From Podarcis pityusensis (Eukaryota): a stretch of DNA of 64,000 bases. The notes below the pieces were generated by a model. That model saw only the letters and a list, made by a program, of their open reading frames with translations. It had not been told where the DNA came from and made no database searches. Of the stretch, positions 24,127 to 36,905 are shown in pieces (position 1 is the first letter of the stretch; each line of letters begins with the position of its first letter). Location of the stretch: the NCBI GenBank assembly GCA_964106645.2, contig OZ067043.1. One strand, 5' to 3'. The translations under genes and the position numbers were made by a program.

Positions 24127-24939
24127 TATATTAAAAAGAAGAAGAGTAAAGTCCATTTAAAACACAATTCTGGGAATGTTAATTCATAGTAAGCTGTCTT
24201 ACTAAGTTCAGTGGAACTCACACCCAGTTAAGTTTGCACAAAATTGAAGTGTCATTGACTAAGCATTAGATGGAACTTGCCAAGCATTCTTTTCAGAATT
24301 CCTATCTTTGTTCACACTACTAAGCGGCACATGAATCCATCGTTTCTGGAAGGCACAGTTATAGCATCATATTAGCCCTGGTGAAATGGAAAGCGCAAAT
24401 CCACCAAATGGATTCATTCTACTGAAATGAATTGAAGTTGCCTAGCAACAGGGGATAGGCCCACATACAACAACCTCTCAAGCCCCTAACTTCTCTTAAG
24501 AACGTCTTCCGCAATTTTGATTTGTTTGCTTCTGTCAGTAACAGCCATGACACAACTCTTCGCTTACACGATTGCCTCACAGGCATGACTTATTTTCCCC
24601 TTGTCAAAATCAGAGCACCCGGCAATTATAAGAGCCACAGCCGAGGAACATGATGGGGCTGTCAGGTGGTGTGAGTTGCTGAACAGGTTCCCATTGTTAC
24701 TGTAGGAGCTCACAGAGCCGCATTGTGTGTGGCTGAATTGTTGTCCCAAGTGAGCAAGGGTGAGACAGGGAGTTGGCAAATGGATAAAAAAGGCACGTGT
24801 GGTTAAGGGGAGGAACAGGCTGGGTAAGTGGGGTGGGGGAATAATCTCTTAATCACTTGAAAAATGAAGGGAAAACAGGATCTGTGAAGTAACCTACAAA
24901 TACTTTTTGGACAGGTTAACATTTGCCTTCTGGTGTCTG

Positions 24940-25093
24940 ACATATGACTTCCCCCAAAGAATCTCAGGAACTGTAGTTTGTTCAAGGTGCTGGGAATTGT
25001 AGCTCCGTGAGGGAAGGAAACTACAATTTCCAGGATTCTTTGGGGAAGTCACATGCTTTAAATGTGATTTACATGTAGGGTGTGTACACAGCC
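24940..25093. mobile_element. Palindromic MITE (ggctgcatacac family, possibly PIF/Harbinger)
   Basis: cttcccccaaagaatc..ggaactgtagttt / aaactacaatttccaggattctttggggaag inverted arms. Same family as 58244-58419. Confidence 0.6.
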
Positions 25094-26710
25094 TTTGACT
25101 TGAGTTCATTTTCTGTTATCCTGGTGCCCTGGGAAGTGGTGCAGGGAACTGCTGTTTCTCACGCTGTCTAGATAACTTGGAAAGCCCTAGCCCCTATCGA
25201 ATGAGCCCACACTTCACAGGGGACAGGAATTAGAAAACACCATTGTGAGATAGTTTGAAAACATGCCCACCTGTGTGTACAGACAGCACAGGTGGTAGCT
25301 GCTGCTTTAGATGACGTTATTGCATCAAAGTGTGTGCAATTACAAGCAGCAGAAAAGTGCACTGCAAAAAAAAAATGACCTCTACATGTTTCAAAGGCCA
25401 CATCTGTACAGAGCCTTTGATCACCTGTAAGTCAGGTTGGCTGGCATCTCACTGAAGACCACAAGAGCCTACTAATGTCACGGGAGTATTTGGAGGAGTA
25501 GCAAACATTTGCACCAGCGATGGAAAACCGCTGTGACCCTTCAGAAGATGTTGGACTCAAAGTCCCATCAGCTCCAGCCAGCAAATGCAGTGGTCAGAGT
25601 CGATGGGAGTTCTGGTCAAGGAATATTTTGAGGGCCACAGCTACCCCCACCCATGTTTTACACACTTTGAAAAGTTCTACATTTTTCTAATGGTATTATT
25701 ATCCTCATTTATCGGTTGTTACACAGGGATAAACAAGACACTTGATTGCAATCATTCACCAGTCTCTTTTCTTAATGAGCATTTAGCATAACTAGTAATT
25801 TGCCGATATCATAATTAATGGTGAGTCATAACAATTGGGAGTAAGCCCACTAAGCTTAGTGAGGCTTACTTCCAAGTAAAGTTGTTGTTAACAGAATACA
25901 CTGCTACTATGGTTAATGAAGTTGCAATATACTGCAGCACATTAGCAAAGTATGCGAGCCATACACACAACAGCTGTTTCAGAGTTCAGCAATCTCATAA
26001 ACTTCAATAGGGCTTTGCTGACATTAATACACAGGTGGTGGTGATTTGCTTTTTGCAACCATATATTTGAAGAGACAGGTGGATGAATTTGTTGTTGGGA
26101 AACCTACTCCAGGATTTAATTTTGACAATTGCAAGCCTGTTCTGTGTATCAGCTGGCATGTACAAAGCGGTCCATTCATTTATAAAGTCTGTACCTTTGC
26201 AAGCCTAGGCTGCATAAAAATGCATGAGTGAGGGTTAATGTGCCATTTTTACTTTAAAGATTTTCCAAAATCTCTTTGATTATGACCAACAGTGTTTGAG
26301 CCTGCCAGAACTCTTCATAAGGTTGAATGTTAACCAAAGTGGCCTTTGGGAGTGTGAATAATGCCGACTTGCATCGAAGCCATAATGTCTGCATTGGTCA
26401 ACTGCTTACTTTTGTTGCATAGTCTGGCACGAAACATGGCGATGAGGATCAGGTTATCGGGCTTGTCGTGAAGATCACTTGCACTTAAGAATTTGCCACC
26501 ACATCCCTACTGGAGTTTCTTCACCCCGGATGCAGAAAAGGTGCTGAGCTCTGCCCCAGCATCACCAAGGAGCTCTCCTCCTCTCCCAAACCTAGCCAGA
26601 ATTAATGATATCAAGAGTCAGGGATGCTAAGTAAGTCCCACTGAACTCAGCTGGATTTTAACATGCTTAGGATCAAGCAGTTGGAAATGCACATACTGTA
26701 CAAGTTACAG

Positions 26711-26937
26711 AAGATTCCAGCTAACATCAGGAAGAACTTTCTGACAGTAAGATCTGATCAACAGTGGAACGGTCTTCCTAGGAAGGTGGTGGACTCTCCT
26801 TCCTTGGAAGTTTTTAAGCAGAGGTTGGTTGGATGGCTGTCTGTCATGGATGCTCTAGTTGAGATTCCTGCATTGTAGGCTGTTGCACTAGATGACCCTT
26901 GGGGTCCCATCCAACTCTACAATTCTATGATTCTATG
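26711..26937 (+). mobile_element. CR1 LINE 3' end
   Basis: NIRKNFLTVR...WNGLPRKVVDSPSLEVFKQRL and a terminal (ATTCTATG)2 repeat. Confidence 0.9.
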
Positions 26938-29106
26938 CAAGATATAGGCTTAAGGATAACCAATGAAGTGCAGCCCATCTGGGAATGACTATCCATGAAT
27001 TTCAAATTGTGTGGCTTATGCAACAAGGTGATGCCATTGTGAACCATATCGGCATACAGTCAACAAGCTGGACCTTTAACATCTGCCTGAAGCAATGTAA
27101 GTTTTTGTTTGTTTTTAATTGCTATTAGCTTTAGGTGAGTCAAGTATGGGGGAACTAGAGCAGGGTAATCTGTAGTCCTCCAGTTGTTGCTAGAATCCCA
27201 TCACTTTCAGACAGTATAGCTAATCACCAGGGATGAGGGTTAAATACTTGTTATGTTTTTAACAATGTTGTTATTGATTCCTGTTATTGGCCTAGATGAC
27301 CCTCAAGGTCCCTTCCAGACCTACAGTTCCATGATTCTACTATCTAAACCTTTGGAATGGGGATGGCTACAAATGAAATTAAGAAAGCACATTGAATTCC
27401 TGTTGTTGGCAGTATGTTGCAAGATGGGTTAGTTAATTGGTTGGCTCAGGTTGTTGGAACAGGGCACCACTCCCTGCGGACTACACTTATTTAAAAGAGG
27501 GCTCCACACACCTACACTCTGCAGTCTTCTAGCCACTCACTGGGAAGTAACCCTTCACCTACTGCAGTTGCAGTCATGGGGAAATCAAACAGGTAATATG
27601 TATCAAGTGAAGAAATCCTCATCCCCTCTCTGGTGTGTACTGCAATGTGCAATGAGAACTTCATGAATAAGAGTTTGAGAGAGTTGCATGAGTAGGAAAA
27701 CCAAACAGGTAATGCAGATCAGGTGAAGACAGCCCTGCTTCTTCCCTGGTGTGTAGTGCAACACAGCAGTGGGGAATGACCTTGCTGCATTTTAAGTAGC
27801 TAATGTAAACATACCCTTTGTCTTAGCCTTTATGTAGCTTTCCTACCTCTGGAATAAGCAAAGCCCTTCTAGTCTCCCCAACTGACCTTTCTCTGCCTCT
27901 TTTTATCAGCCCACCCCCCACTGCCTTCCTCTTTGGAAATGACCCACTTCCTTCCTAACCATCCTGGCTGGTCACTTAACAAATCCACTTCTCAGTACCT
28001 CCAACAAGCAGCTCTCGCCATCTTCCTCCACCAGCCACCAATGTGTTTGTTTACATGCCATCCTCCAACTCAACTTCTCAAACTGGCAGGCTGTCAAAGG
28101 GCAAGAACCAGTTTCCAAACCAGTTGTGTAACATAATGGCATTTTGCACAAGCTCAGAATGTGGTAAGGGATCCTCGCCATGACCAGATGCCAACATATA
28201 TATTATTTATTGTGGTTAATTGCAGAAACTCTAGGTGGTAAAGGGACTTGCCTAGTGTAACAGAGTGACTAAGAAATTGAAACCCAGGACTTATTTCCAT
28301 AATATATGACTGCATTTGAACGTTTCAGCTTGGTTAGTCATGGGCAGAATATAAAATAATGTTTGAAGTTCATAGAAGCCTTCTGGGTTTTTAGGGCCTC
28401 TCCAGCAACGTGGTGCCCTCTAGATGTTGCGGACTCCAACATCCATCAGCCTCAGCCGGCATGCTAAATGGTCAGGGTTGATGAGTGATGTAGAAACTGG
28501 GAGGTTGACAGATTCATCCACCCACATCTTAAGTAAGACTCCCATTTGCCCTGTGACAAAATATTGTGGTTGTAGTGCTGGTAAACGGCAATATATGTGC
28601 AACTGATATGTTACCTTGAGAGAAGATCTCTGGGTGTTATGCAACAGACAAGCAACAACTGCACATTTATTGCACTACCTTTTGATGACCTAGAAAGGTT
28701 CCCCCCCTCTTAAGCAGTCACCAATTTTACATACAAAGAATTTGGCATAGAGCTGGATCTGTGTTATGTTGGTGGGTTACAAACATTCCTCTTCTTCCTC
28801 CCCCCGCCTCCGTGTTGTTGTTGTTTCCTATTCTTCTTCTTCCTGCTGATTTCTGGAAGCCTGCATGCATGCAGTTGATCTTGCTAAAGCCGTCCATAGG
28901 AACAGCTTATAACAGGGTGAGAGAAAGGGAAGGAAAGGGGGATGGTCAACATTCCCATATATGTTGTTGTTAATTAAATTTCTATACCGCCCTTCATCTG
29001 AAGATCACATGGGGGTTTACAATATAAAAGCAAAAGTATACTTACCATAATAACAAATAAATATAATAACTCCACCACCACACATACATACAAGATCCCA
29101 TACATA

Positions 29107-29352
29107 AAAGGTAAAGGGACCCCTGACCATTAGGTCCAGTTGTGACTGACTCTGGGGTTGCGGCGCTCATCTCGCTTTATTGGCCGAGGGAGCTGGCATA
29201 CAGCTTCTGGGTCGTGTGGCCAGCATGACTAAGCCGCTTCTGGGGAACCAGAGCAGCACACGGAAACGCCGTTTACCTTCCCGCCAGAGTGTTCCCTATT
29301 TACGGTATCTACTTGCACTTTGATGTGTTTTCAAATTGCTAGGTTGGCAGGA
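29107..29352 (-). mobile_element. Sauria SINE, 5'-truncated
   Basis: Matches the other copies; 12-bp TSD atcccatacata at 29095-29106 and 29353-29364. Confidence 0.9.
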
Positions 29353-29399
29353 ATCCCATACATATCTACTTGGAATTAATTCTCATTGCAGTTCATATT

Positions 29400-29401
29400 T
29401 A

Positions 29402-29443
<42 letters not shown>

Positions 29444-29656
29444 GCATTTTTTATCCTGCCTTTCCTCCAAGGAACTCAAGGAGGAATACATAGTTCTCTT
29501 CCTCCCCATTTTATCCTCACAACAACCTTGTGGGATAGGCTAGGCTGAGAGAGTGGTCCAAGGTCTCCCAGTGACTTTCATGGCTGAGCGGGGATTTGAA
29601 CCCTGTTCTCCCAAGTCCTAGTCCAACACTCTAACCACTGAACCACCCTGGCTCTC
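29400..29656 (-). mobile_element. MIR/Squam3-like SINE with (AAGT)n tail
   Basis: cattttatcctcacaacaacc...gggatttgaaccc...ctctaaccactg core and head motifs. Confidence 0.8.
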
Positions 29657-30953
29657 ATTCAATGATGCTTACCCCCAAGAAAATGGGTATTTACTCCATT
29701 TTTGAAGGAGCACCCAAGTGATGTAAAAACGAACTTCTATTGTCCAAGTTGGTGGCCCTTAGCTGTGAATTCTATAACTTAACTTTGTGCTGTATGAATT
29801 TCTTTTGTCTGTCCCAAATCTGTCAAGAATTGCTCACCACTGAGTTTCTCTACATAATTCTATACATTTATATCATGTCCCTCTTCCTTTTTTTTCTGTG
29901 CTAAAAGGGCTCAGTCTTTGTCACCTTTCTTCAATTAAAGTTTTACTCATCATTAAGTGGTGATTGTTTTCATAAGATGCCATGAAGGAGTCTACAGATG
30001 TACAGAGGTTAAAAACAGATCAGTAGAGCTGAAAGCTCAAAGTGACTGTGTCCTGCATATGAAACTTAACAAGAATCTATCACTGGGCAAGTTGCTGTGT
30101 TTATATGTTGTTCTTGTATTTACATGAAAACCAATAAAAATTATCTGGATTAGAAAGCTTAAAGTGAATCACTGGTGCCATTAAGCAGATTCATTAGCAT
30201 CTTATTAACAAAAAAATTAATTGGAGTTGCCAGAATTCAAGGTGTGTCAGTCAGGTCTGGCCTTACTAGGAATCAACATGACGTTATTGCTTCAGGCAGA
30301 AAAGGGTGCCATTTTTCTGCCTTTAGTCTCTACTTCTATGTCTCATTGAAAATAGTATTTAAATACAGCTGCACTCAGGAGCAGTAACACGAAGCTATTA
30401 TTTAATCCTTGTGTGACCAAAGCAAAAGTAATCTGATTGCCATAGATTTAATTACTGATTGTACTTTCAGTATCTGATAGGCATAAATTTTAGTACTGAT
30501 TGTACTTTAAATACATTTTCAAAATACACACACACAAAATTGTTTTCTGTAGTGGTCAGCTGCTGGACCACTGTAGTGGTCATGAATAAGAACATAAGAA
30601 CTCAAGAAGACCCATCTAGTCCAATATTCTGCTCTCATGATGGTCAACCAGATGCCTATGGGAAGCTGGCAGACAGGACCCGAGTGCAGGGGTGTACGAA
30701 GTGGGGGGCGGAGGGGGTGGGCCGCCCCAGGTGCCACTCTTGGGGGGGGTGCGCGTGCAGTCAGTATGGGTGCCGCTCTCTCGTGCTGTCCATACAGGCT
30801 GCTGCGCCTGCATACTCTGTACAGGATGCCGCACATGCACACTCCGTACGGACGTCACACGTGCATCACCAGTGCCAGAGAGGGTTCCTCTGCCACTGCC
30901 CAAGTGCAGCAGCACAAATATTCTTCAAACATTGCCTTTATTGAAATAGTGTG

Positions 30954-31553
30954 CAGTGATACCTTGGTTCTCAAACGCCTTGGTTCTCAAACGCTGAAAA
31001 CCCAGAAGTAAGTGTTCCAGTTTTCGAATGATTTTCGGAAGCCGAATGTCTGATGCGGCTGTCAGCTACTGTTCCCGGGGCATCTTGATTTTCGAACATT
31101 TCAGAAGTCAAACGGACTTCCAGAATGGATTAAGTTTTGCGCTTTTGTTTTTGAGGGTTTTTCAGTGAATTTGTTTTTGTGACTGTGTGGAACCCAGTTC
31201 AGCTACTGATTGATTGATTGTGTGATTGCAGAAATGGATAAAAGCTCCCCATCCAAACAATGACTATCATCAGTGCACGTAAGAAAAAAATTAATTTTAA
31301 TTTTTATCATCTACAATATTGTCTTATTTATTTTATAGTACAGTACATTGATTATTGCTTTCATTTTATGGATAATGGTCTCATTAGATAGTGAAATTCA
31401 TGTTAAATTGCTTTTTTTAGGGGTTGTTTTGAAACGGATTAATCCATTCTGGAACAGATTAATCCGTTTTGCATTACTTTCTATGGGAAAGCACACCTTG
31501 GTTTTGGAACGGACTTCCGGAACGGATTAAGCTTGAGAACCAAGGTACCAATG
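30954..31553. mobile_element. Tigger/pogo-like MITE, 600 bp
   Basis: TIRs cagtgataccttggttctcaa / ttgagaaccaaggtaccaatg; TA on the right flank. Confidence 0.8.
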
Positions 31554-33562
31554 TATATAACTAGCTAAATTAATCCATCCATTGTACAACATAACAGCAA
31601 GATAGTTAATTTACGTTACTAAGAAGCACTCAGCCATAGATAGGGCTTGAGGGACACAGGAAGATGCCACAGGAGACTTGAAAAGTGGAAGGCTTTAGGA
31701 ATGCTGAAGCTTTAGCCGAAGAAATAATAACGCTGATGCAAGGAGAAAAGTAACAGGACTTGTTTCTGGCCTCTGCGGTAGGAAAATGAAAAGTTATATT
31801 TCTTGCGGATGCAAAATTATTTGTTGTGCCGCTTTGTGGAACAATAAATGCAACTTGGTGCTGACATTTTTCAACACACTGAATTATTTTGCAGGGGGCT
31901 AAGAGGATTGGTTCAGTTTTGTCATTGCTGCTTCCTTCATGTCAACAATACAGAGCATTTTAATGAATATTTTACTTCCATGTGTTGCTGCAAATAATTG
32001 CAACGATTGCCTCTACAATGGATATTTAAGGAATTTGGGGATTTGCTTTTAATTGTCCATTATTTTCTTGACAATGGCTTCCAAACTATCCAGTATGTCA
32101 CTGAATAGGATTGCGCATTTCTAATTTAGTACATTTATTTTTAAAATTGGGTGGTGTATTAGACTTTAAGAATCCAGCCATTGTTCATTTTACCAAGGAA
32201 CTCTGGGAATGGAGATGAGCAAGGTACAAACATAGCACAGCTCTGACCTTTGCAAATAAAGAGGGCTGACCACAAGTGACTATTTGAATAACATTGCAAC
32301 AGAGACACAAACCACTCCCATACAGTCATGTGCAGTGAGCTGATGTGAAACTACCCTGAAGATTACCAAAAGAAACAACCCAGCCACAAAGTTAACCTGG
32401 CAGTCATAAGCACATGTCTGCATCACTTCTACTGAAACCAAGAGAACTTTAAATTCTTTATTTTGGTTGAATAACACCCAGTGCCTTGGAATTTAATGTA
32501 GCCTGATGGCCTGTGTACTTTTGATGTAATAAGCGTGGATCTGCACATTGTTTAGTCTACGCAAGGGAGAAATTTGACATGGAACTGAGCACTCTGTGAA
32601 TTCATTTTGCCACTTGCTGGAAACTGCAGGAGAAGAGAATGCTCTTATGCTTGGGCCCTGCTTGTGGGTTTCCGACAGGCATCTGTGAGAACAGGATACT
32701 AAACTAGATTGGCCTGATCCAGTAGCTGCTTCTTGTGTTCTTGCATGTTTAAAACTTTCAATCTCACAGGTAAACTGTTCCCAGCTTCTTCTGGCTTTAT
32801 ATACTAATAGTAACACGTTGAACTTGTCCCAGGTTCTGAAGATAGTTTTTATTACAAAGTTTGTGCTTAACATTGTCTGGATGATCATATATTATGAAAG
32901 AGATCCAACAGAAGCCCATGCACCTCCAGGAAGTTTAAGACTATTTAAGAGTCTTAAACCAATTGAACCAATTACCTCTGATTGCATGGTCAGCATATTT
33001 CCAGATGTTCCTGCCACACACATTCATTCTCCTGGCTCACACGATGGTTTCCTCATACATACCACATGATATTTTTCATGCATGGGGATACTATTCATGT
33101 AGCAAGAGAGGAAGCATATGTCATCATATGTGCGGTGAGAAGCATGTGGCTGTTTTGCTGTGAGAATGTGGAACAGGAAGCCAGACTCAACTTCCTTACC
33201 AATATGCCAGGGATGGAGAATCTGTGCCCTGCTCCCATGCTTGGACTACAACCTCTGGCAGTCCTACAGCTGGAGATCCAAGTTTGGGAAACCTTAGTGT
33301 AGACAATACAAAGCTAGATGGACCAATGGTCTGATTCAGCATAAGGAAACTTCCTGTGTTCCTATATTCCTAGTTTCTTCTTAAGTGCAAAAACAAAACC
33401 TACAGTTATTCAGATTCACCACAAGGGATCTCAGCAGCAAGCACAAATACCAATGTAGATACCAGCTGTCAGACTTGAGCAGATATATTGCCCAATGTAC
33501 AACCATCTGTCAACACAAGAAGGTCAGAGTTGAGGTTATGTGCAAAAGTGTGTCATCATCTT

Positions 33563-33900
33563 AAAGGTAAAGGGACCCCTGACCATTAGGTCCAGTCGTG
33601 ACCGACTCTGGGGTTGCGGCGCTCATCTCTCTTTATTGGCTGAGGGAGCCGGCGTACAGCTTCCGGGTCATGTGGCCAGCATGACTAAGCTGCTTCTGGC
33701 AAACCAGAGCAGCGCACAGAAACGCCCTTTACCTTCCCGCCGGAGTGGTACCTATTTATCTACTTGCACTTTGACGTGCTTTCGAACTGCTAGGTTGGCA
33801 GGAGCAGGGACCGAGTAACGGGAGCTCACCCCGTCGCGAGGATTCGAACCGCTGACCTTCTGATCGGCAAGCCCTGGGCTCTGTGGTTTAGACCACAGCG
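33563..33900 (-). mobile_element. Sauria SINE, near full length
   Basis: tRNA-related head (ggttcgaatcc B box) through to the BovB-related cccctttaccttta tail; most CpGs retained. Confidence 0.92.
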
Positions 33901-34349
33901 GCAAATAACGGGCATCCTGAGAGTTTTAACTTCGGGAAACAGAACGTTTAAATCAGCAACATTACATAAACAGCCAGCTTCATTGGTGTCCTTGATCATG
34001 GGCAGTGGGTGCCTTCATCGTCGTATAGCAGCAATAAGTCCTGTTCCACAACTGCACTAAGAGACAGCCAAGGTGGTCTCTGGCTTCTTCAGCAGCCTCA
34101 GCTTTTGCAGCTGGCGTCAATCAGGGCTCTGCCCTCCCAGGCCGTGTGGAAAAAGATCTGTAAGGCAGGGAGCAGGTCTTCCAGGACTCATGGCCAAGAT
34201 GTTCACACCATGGCTTGTCTCTTCAAACCTTGGTTTGCGTTCCAGCTGGTCTTGGCTTGTGCCTCTGCAATGTGGGAAGTGTCTGGGGTGGCCAAACAAA
34301 CCAGGTGCTATGAAGGCTGCATCCCTATACAGAGAGAGCAGACCTTGAC

Positions 34350-34790
34350 TTAGTTATCAATGCACTAGTGGCATCCAGACTAGATTATTGTAATGGGCTC
34401 TATGTGGACCTGTCTTTAAAATGGCTACAAAATGCCACCGCCTATTGGTTGGAGCCAGGCAGTCAGAGCAAATTACACCTTTATTGTACCAGCTGTAATG
34501 ACTGCCAGTGCATATCTGGGCCCTATTGAAAATGCTGGTTAGGACTTTTAAAACCCTAAATGGCTTGGATCTGGGTTACCTAAAGGACCACAGTCTTCTG
34601 TTCCATCTTGCCCATACCTTAATATCTGCCCTGAAGCCCTGCTTCCTAGCATGAAAGTTAGACTGACAAGCACTTGGATGAGGACATTTCCAATGGTGGT
34701 CTCACAACTGTAGAATACATTTCCATGGGACATCAGACAAGCCCCATCCCTTGCAGGTTTGAAAAGAGCCTCGAGGTGCCTCTTTACTGC
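34350..34790 (+). mobile_element. Decayed L2 ORF2 3' fragment
   Basis: VINALVASRLDYCNGLYV..L motif, then similarity to ITP.L and FKALNGLG. Confidence 0.7.
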
Positions 34791-34961
34791 AACGTGTAGC
34801 AAGTAATCTGATCAGAGCTGTAGAATTTGCATTTCCCTTTGATTTTGGTAGCAATTTCAGAGCTGAATGGGCACATCAGTGGGAGCACTGGGTTGGCTCT
34901 GGCGTTGCATCTGAGCAGCTGTGATCTTGCCATTACTGTACTCTGCCCCCACCTTGGTAAA

Positions 34962-35307
34962 TAAAGGTAAAGGGACCCCTGACTGTTAGATCCAGTCACG
35001 GACAACTCTGGGGTTGCGGCGCTCATCTTGCTTTACTGGCCGAGGGAGCTGGCATACAGCTTCCGGGTCATGTGGCCAGCATGACTAAGCCGCTTCTGGC
35101 GAACCAGAGCAGTGCATGGAAATGCCATTTACCTTCCCGCTGGAGCAGTACCTATTTATCTACTTGCACTTTTGACGTGCTTTCGAACTGCTAGGTTGGC
35201 AGGAGCAGGGACCGAGCAATGGGAGCTCACCCTGTTGTGGGGAGTCGAACCGCTGACCTTCTGATCAGCAAGCCCAAGAGGCTCAGTGGTTTAGACCACA
35301 GCGCCAC
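34962..35307 (-). mobile_element. Sauria SINE, essentially full length
   Basis: 19-bp TSD ctgcccccac(c/t)ttggtaaa at 34943-34961 and 35308-35326. Confidence 0.93.
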
Positions 35308-35398
35308 CTGCCCCCACTTTGGTAAACAACAGCAATGCCTCAATCAGGAGAGTGGGCATGTGTCACTGCACTAGCCACTTCTGCAGGTACATATTCAA

Positions 35399-35545
35399 NN
35401 NNNNNNNNNNNNNNNNNNNNNNNNNNNNNNNNNNNNNNNNNNNNNNNNNNNNNNNNNNNNNNNNNNNNNNNNNNNNNNNNNNNNNNNNNNNNNNNNNNNN
35501 NNNNNNNNNNNNNNNNNNNNNNNNNNNNNNNNNNNNNNNNNNNNN
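35399..35545. other. Assembly gap (147 N)
   Basis: Run of n. Confidence 1.
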
Positions 35546-36660
35546 GAACTGTAGCATAACAGTTGGAGTCCAACTGAAGAAGTAATGCTTCCTATGGGCA
35601 CTAGATGGTACCATTGCACAAAACTAATTTAAGACTTCCTTGTTGGGGCTCATATTTCACAAACCCCTGAATGATGTTGTGTATTTTGCTCCATTCTGAG
35701 GCTGCTTACACACTGTGTCTTCAAAACACATTCAAAGTACATTCTTTACTTCTTCTTTTTCCCCAATACTCAGTGCTTTACATTAAAGCAGTCCTGCTAA
35801 TAATGATCAGTAATATCAGTCAATTATAGCTTATAATATCCCTTTAAGTTTCAACAGTGTTTTAAAAGAAAGGTTGGAAGAGCATACTTAACCTGCAAAA
35901 CACAGTACGAATTCATTATGGAAAAAGAGCATGTTTTCGTTATTTTAAGGGTCACGCCTGCCAGTCCCCTCTGCAAGCAAACCCAGATATTTACATGTCC
36001 TGGATTAAGGTCCACATTTGGGTGTGCTGCTTTTCATATTTCGGAAGCTCTTCAAAAGTTTCTGAAATAGGAAAAACAGAACACGCAAATTTGGTACTCT
36101 TTCAATGCATCTATGCTTAAGCAATAAAGTACCCCATTGTGCCACACGGGGAAGAGCTGCTCTGTATCCGGGGGTGGGGGGCAGTATTTCAGGAACTTGG
36201 TGCAATGCCCGACCTTCAGCCAAATCTTTATTTCTTTACTGTACTTTGATATGGATCCATGCTTCCAAAGGTTCCTCTAGAAAATTTCAGTTATCCTATA
36301 AGCCCTATATTTGGAAATAGGTAAAGCCTTAATTAAAATCTTTTGTTTTGTTTTGTTTTCGTTTTGTTTGTTTAAAAAAAACCCCTGCTGTTTTAAGGCC
36401 AAAGTTAAGGCTTTCTCATACTGGCTCAAGCCCCACAAAGCCAGAAAACTGGAAACTAATGCTGATAGCTTAACAGGTATGCCCAGTAACGATTTGCAAT
36501 TATTTTGTACAATGACACAAATTGTACTTCCTTACAACTTACCCCCCCCACACCCACATTTCTCCTTGGTGTTTCAGGCCCAAATCTAGATGGAGAGCAT
36601 TTGGGCAGCGCTGGCAAAAAAAGATGTGCCACCTGTTTTATCTATCTGTACCTGTTTTGA

Positions 36661-36905
36661 TCCCAGCTCCTGCCAACCTAGCAGTTTGAAAGCACATCAA
36701 AGTGCAAGTAGATAAATAGGTACTGCTCCAGCGGGAAGGTAAATGGCGTTTCCGTGCTCTGCTCTGGTTCGCCAGAAGCGGCTTAGTCATGCTGGCCACA
36801 TGACCCAGAAGCTCTCTGGGCCAATAAAGCGAGATAAAAATAAAGCACCGCAACCCCAGAGTCGTCTGCGACTGGACCTAATGGTCAGGGGTACCTTTAC
36901 CTTTT
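36661..36905 (+). mobile_element. Sauria SINE, 5'-truncated
   Basis: Body and tail match; imperfect TSD cacctgttttatctatc (36630-36646) / cacctgtttttgtctatc (36906-36923). Confidence 0.9.

Noticed and set aside
24564-26591. Multi-exon minus-strand host gene linking exon-like pieces near 34150, 26500 and 24650
   Set aside because: Joined reading frames hit stops and resemble no protein I know.
35319-35619. ORFs containing X runs
   Set aside because: Artefacts of the N gap.
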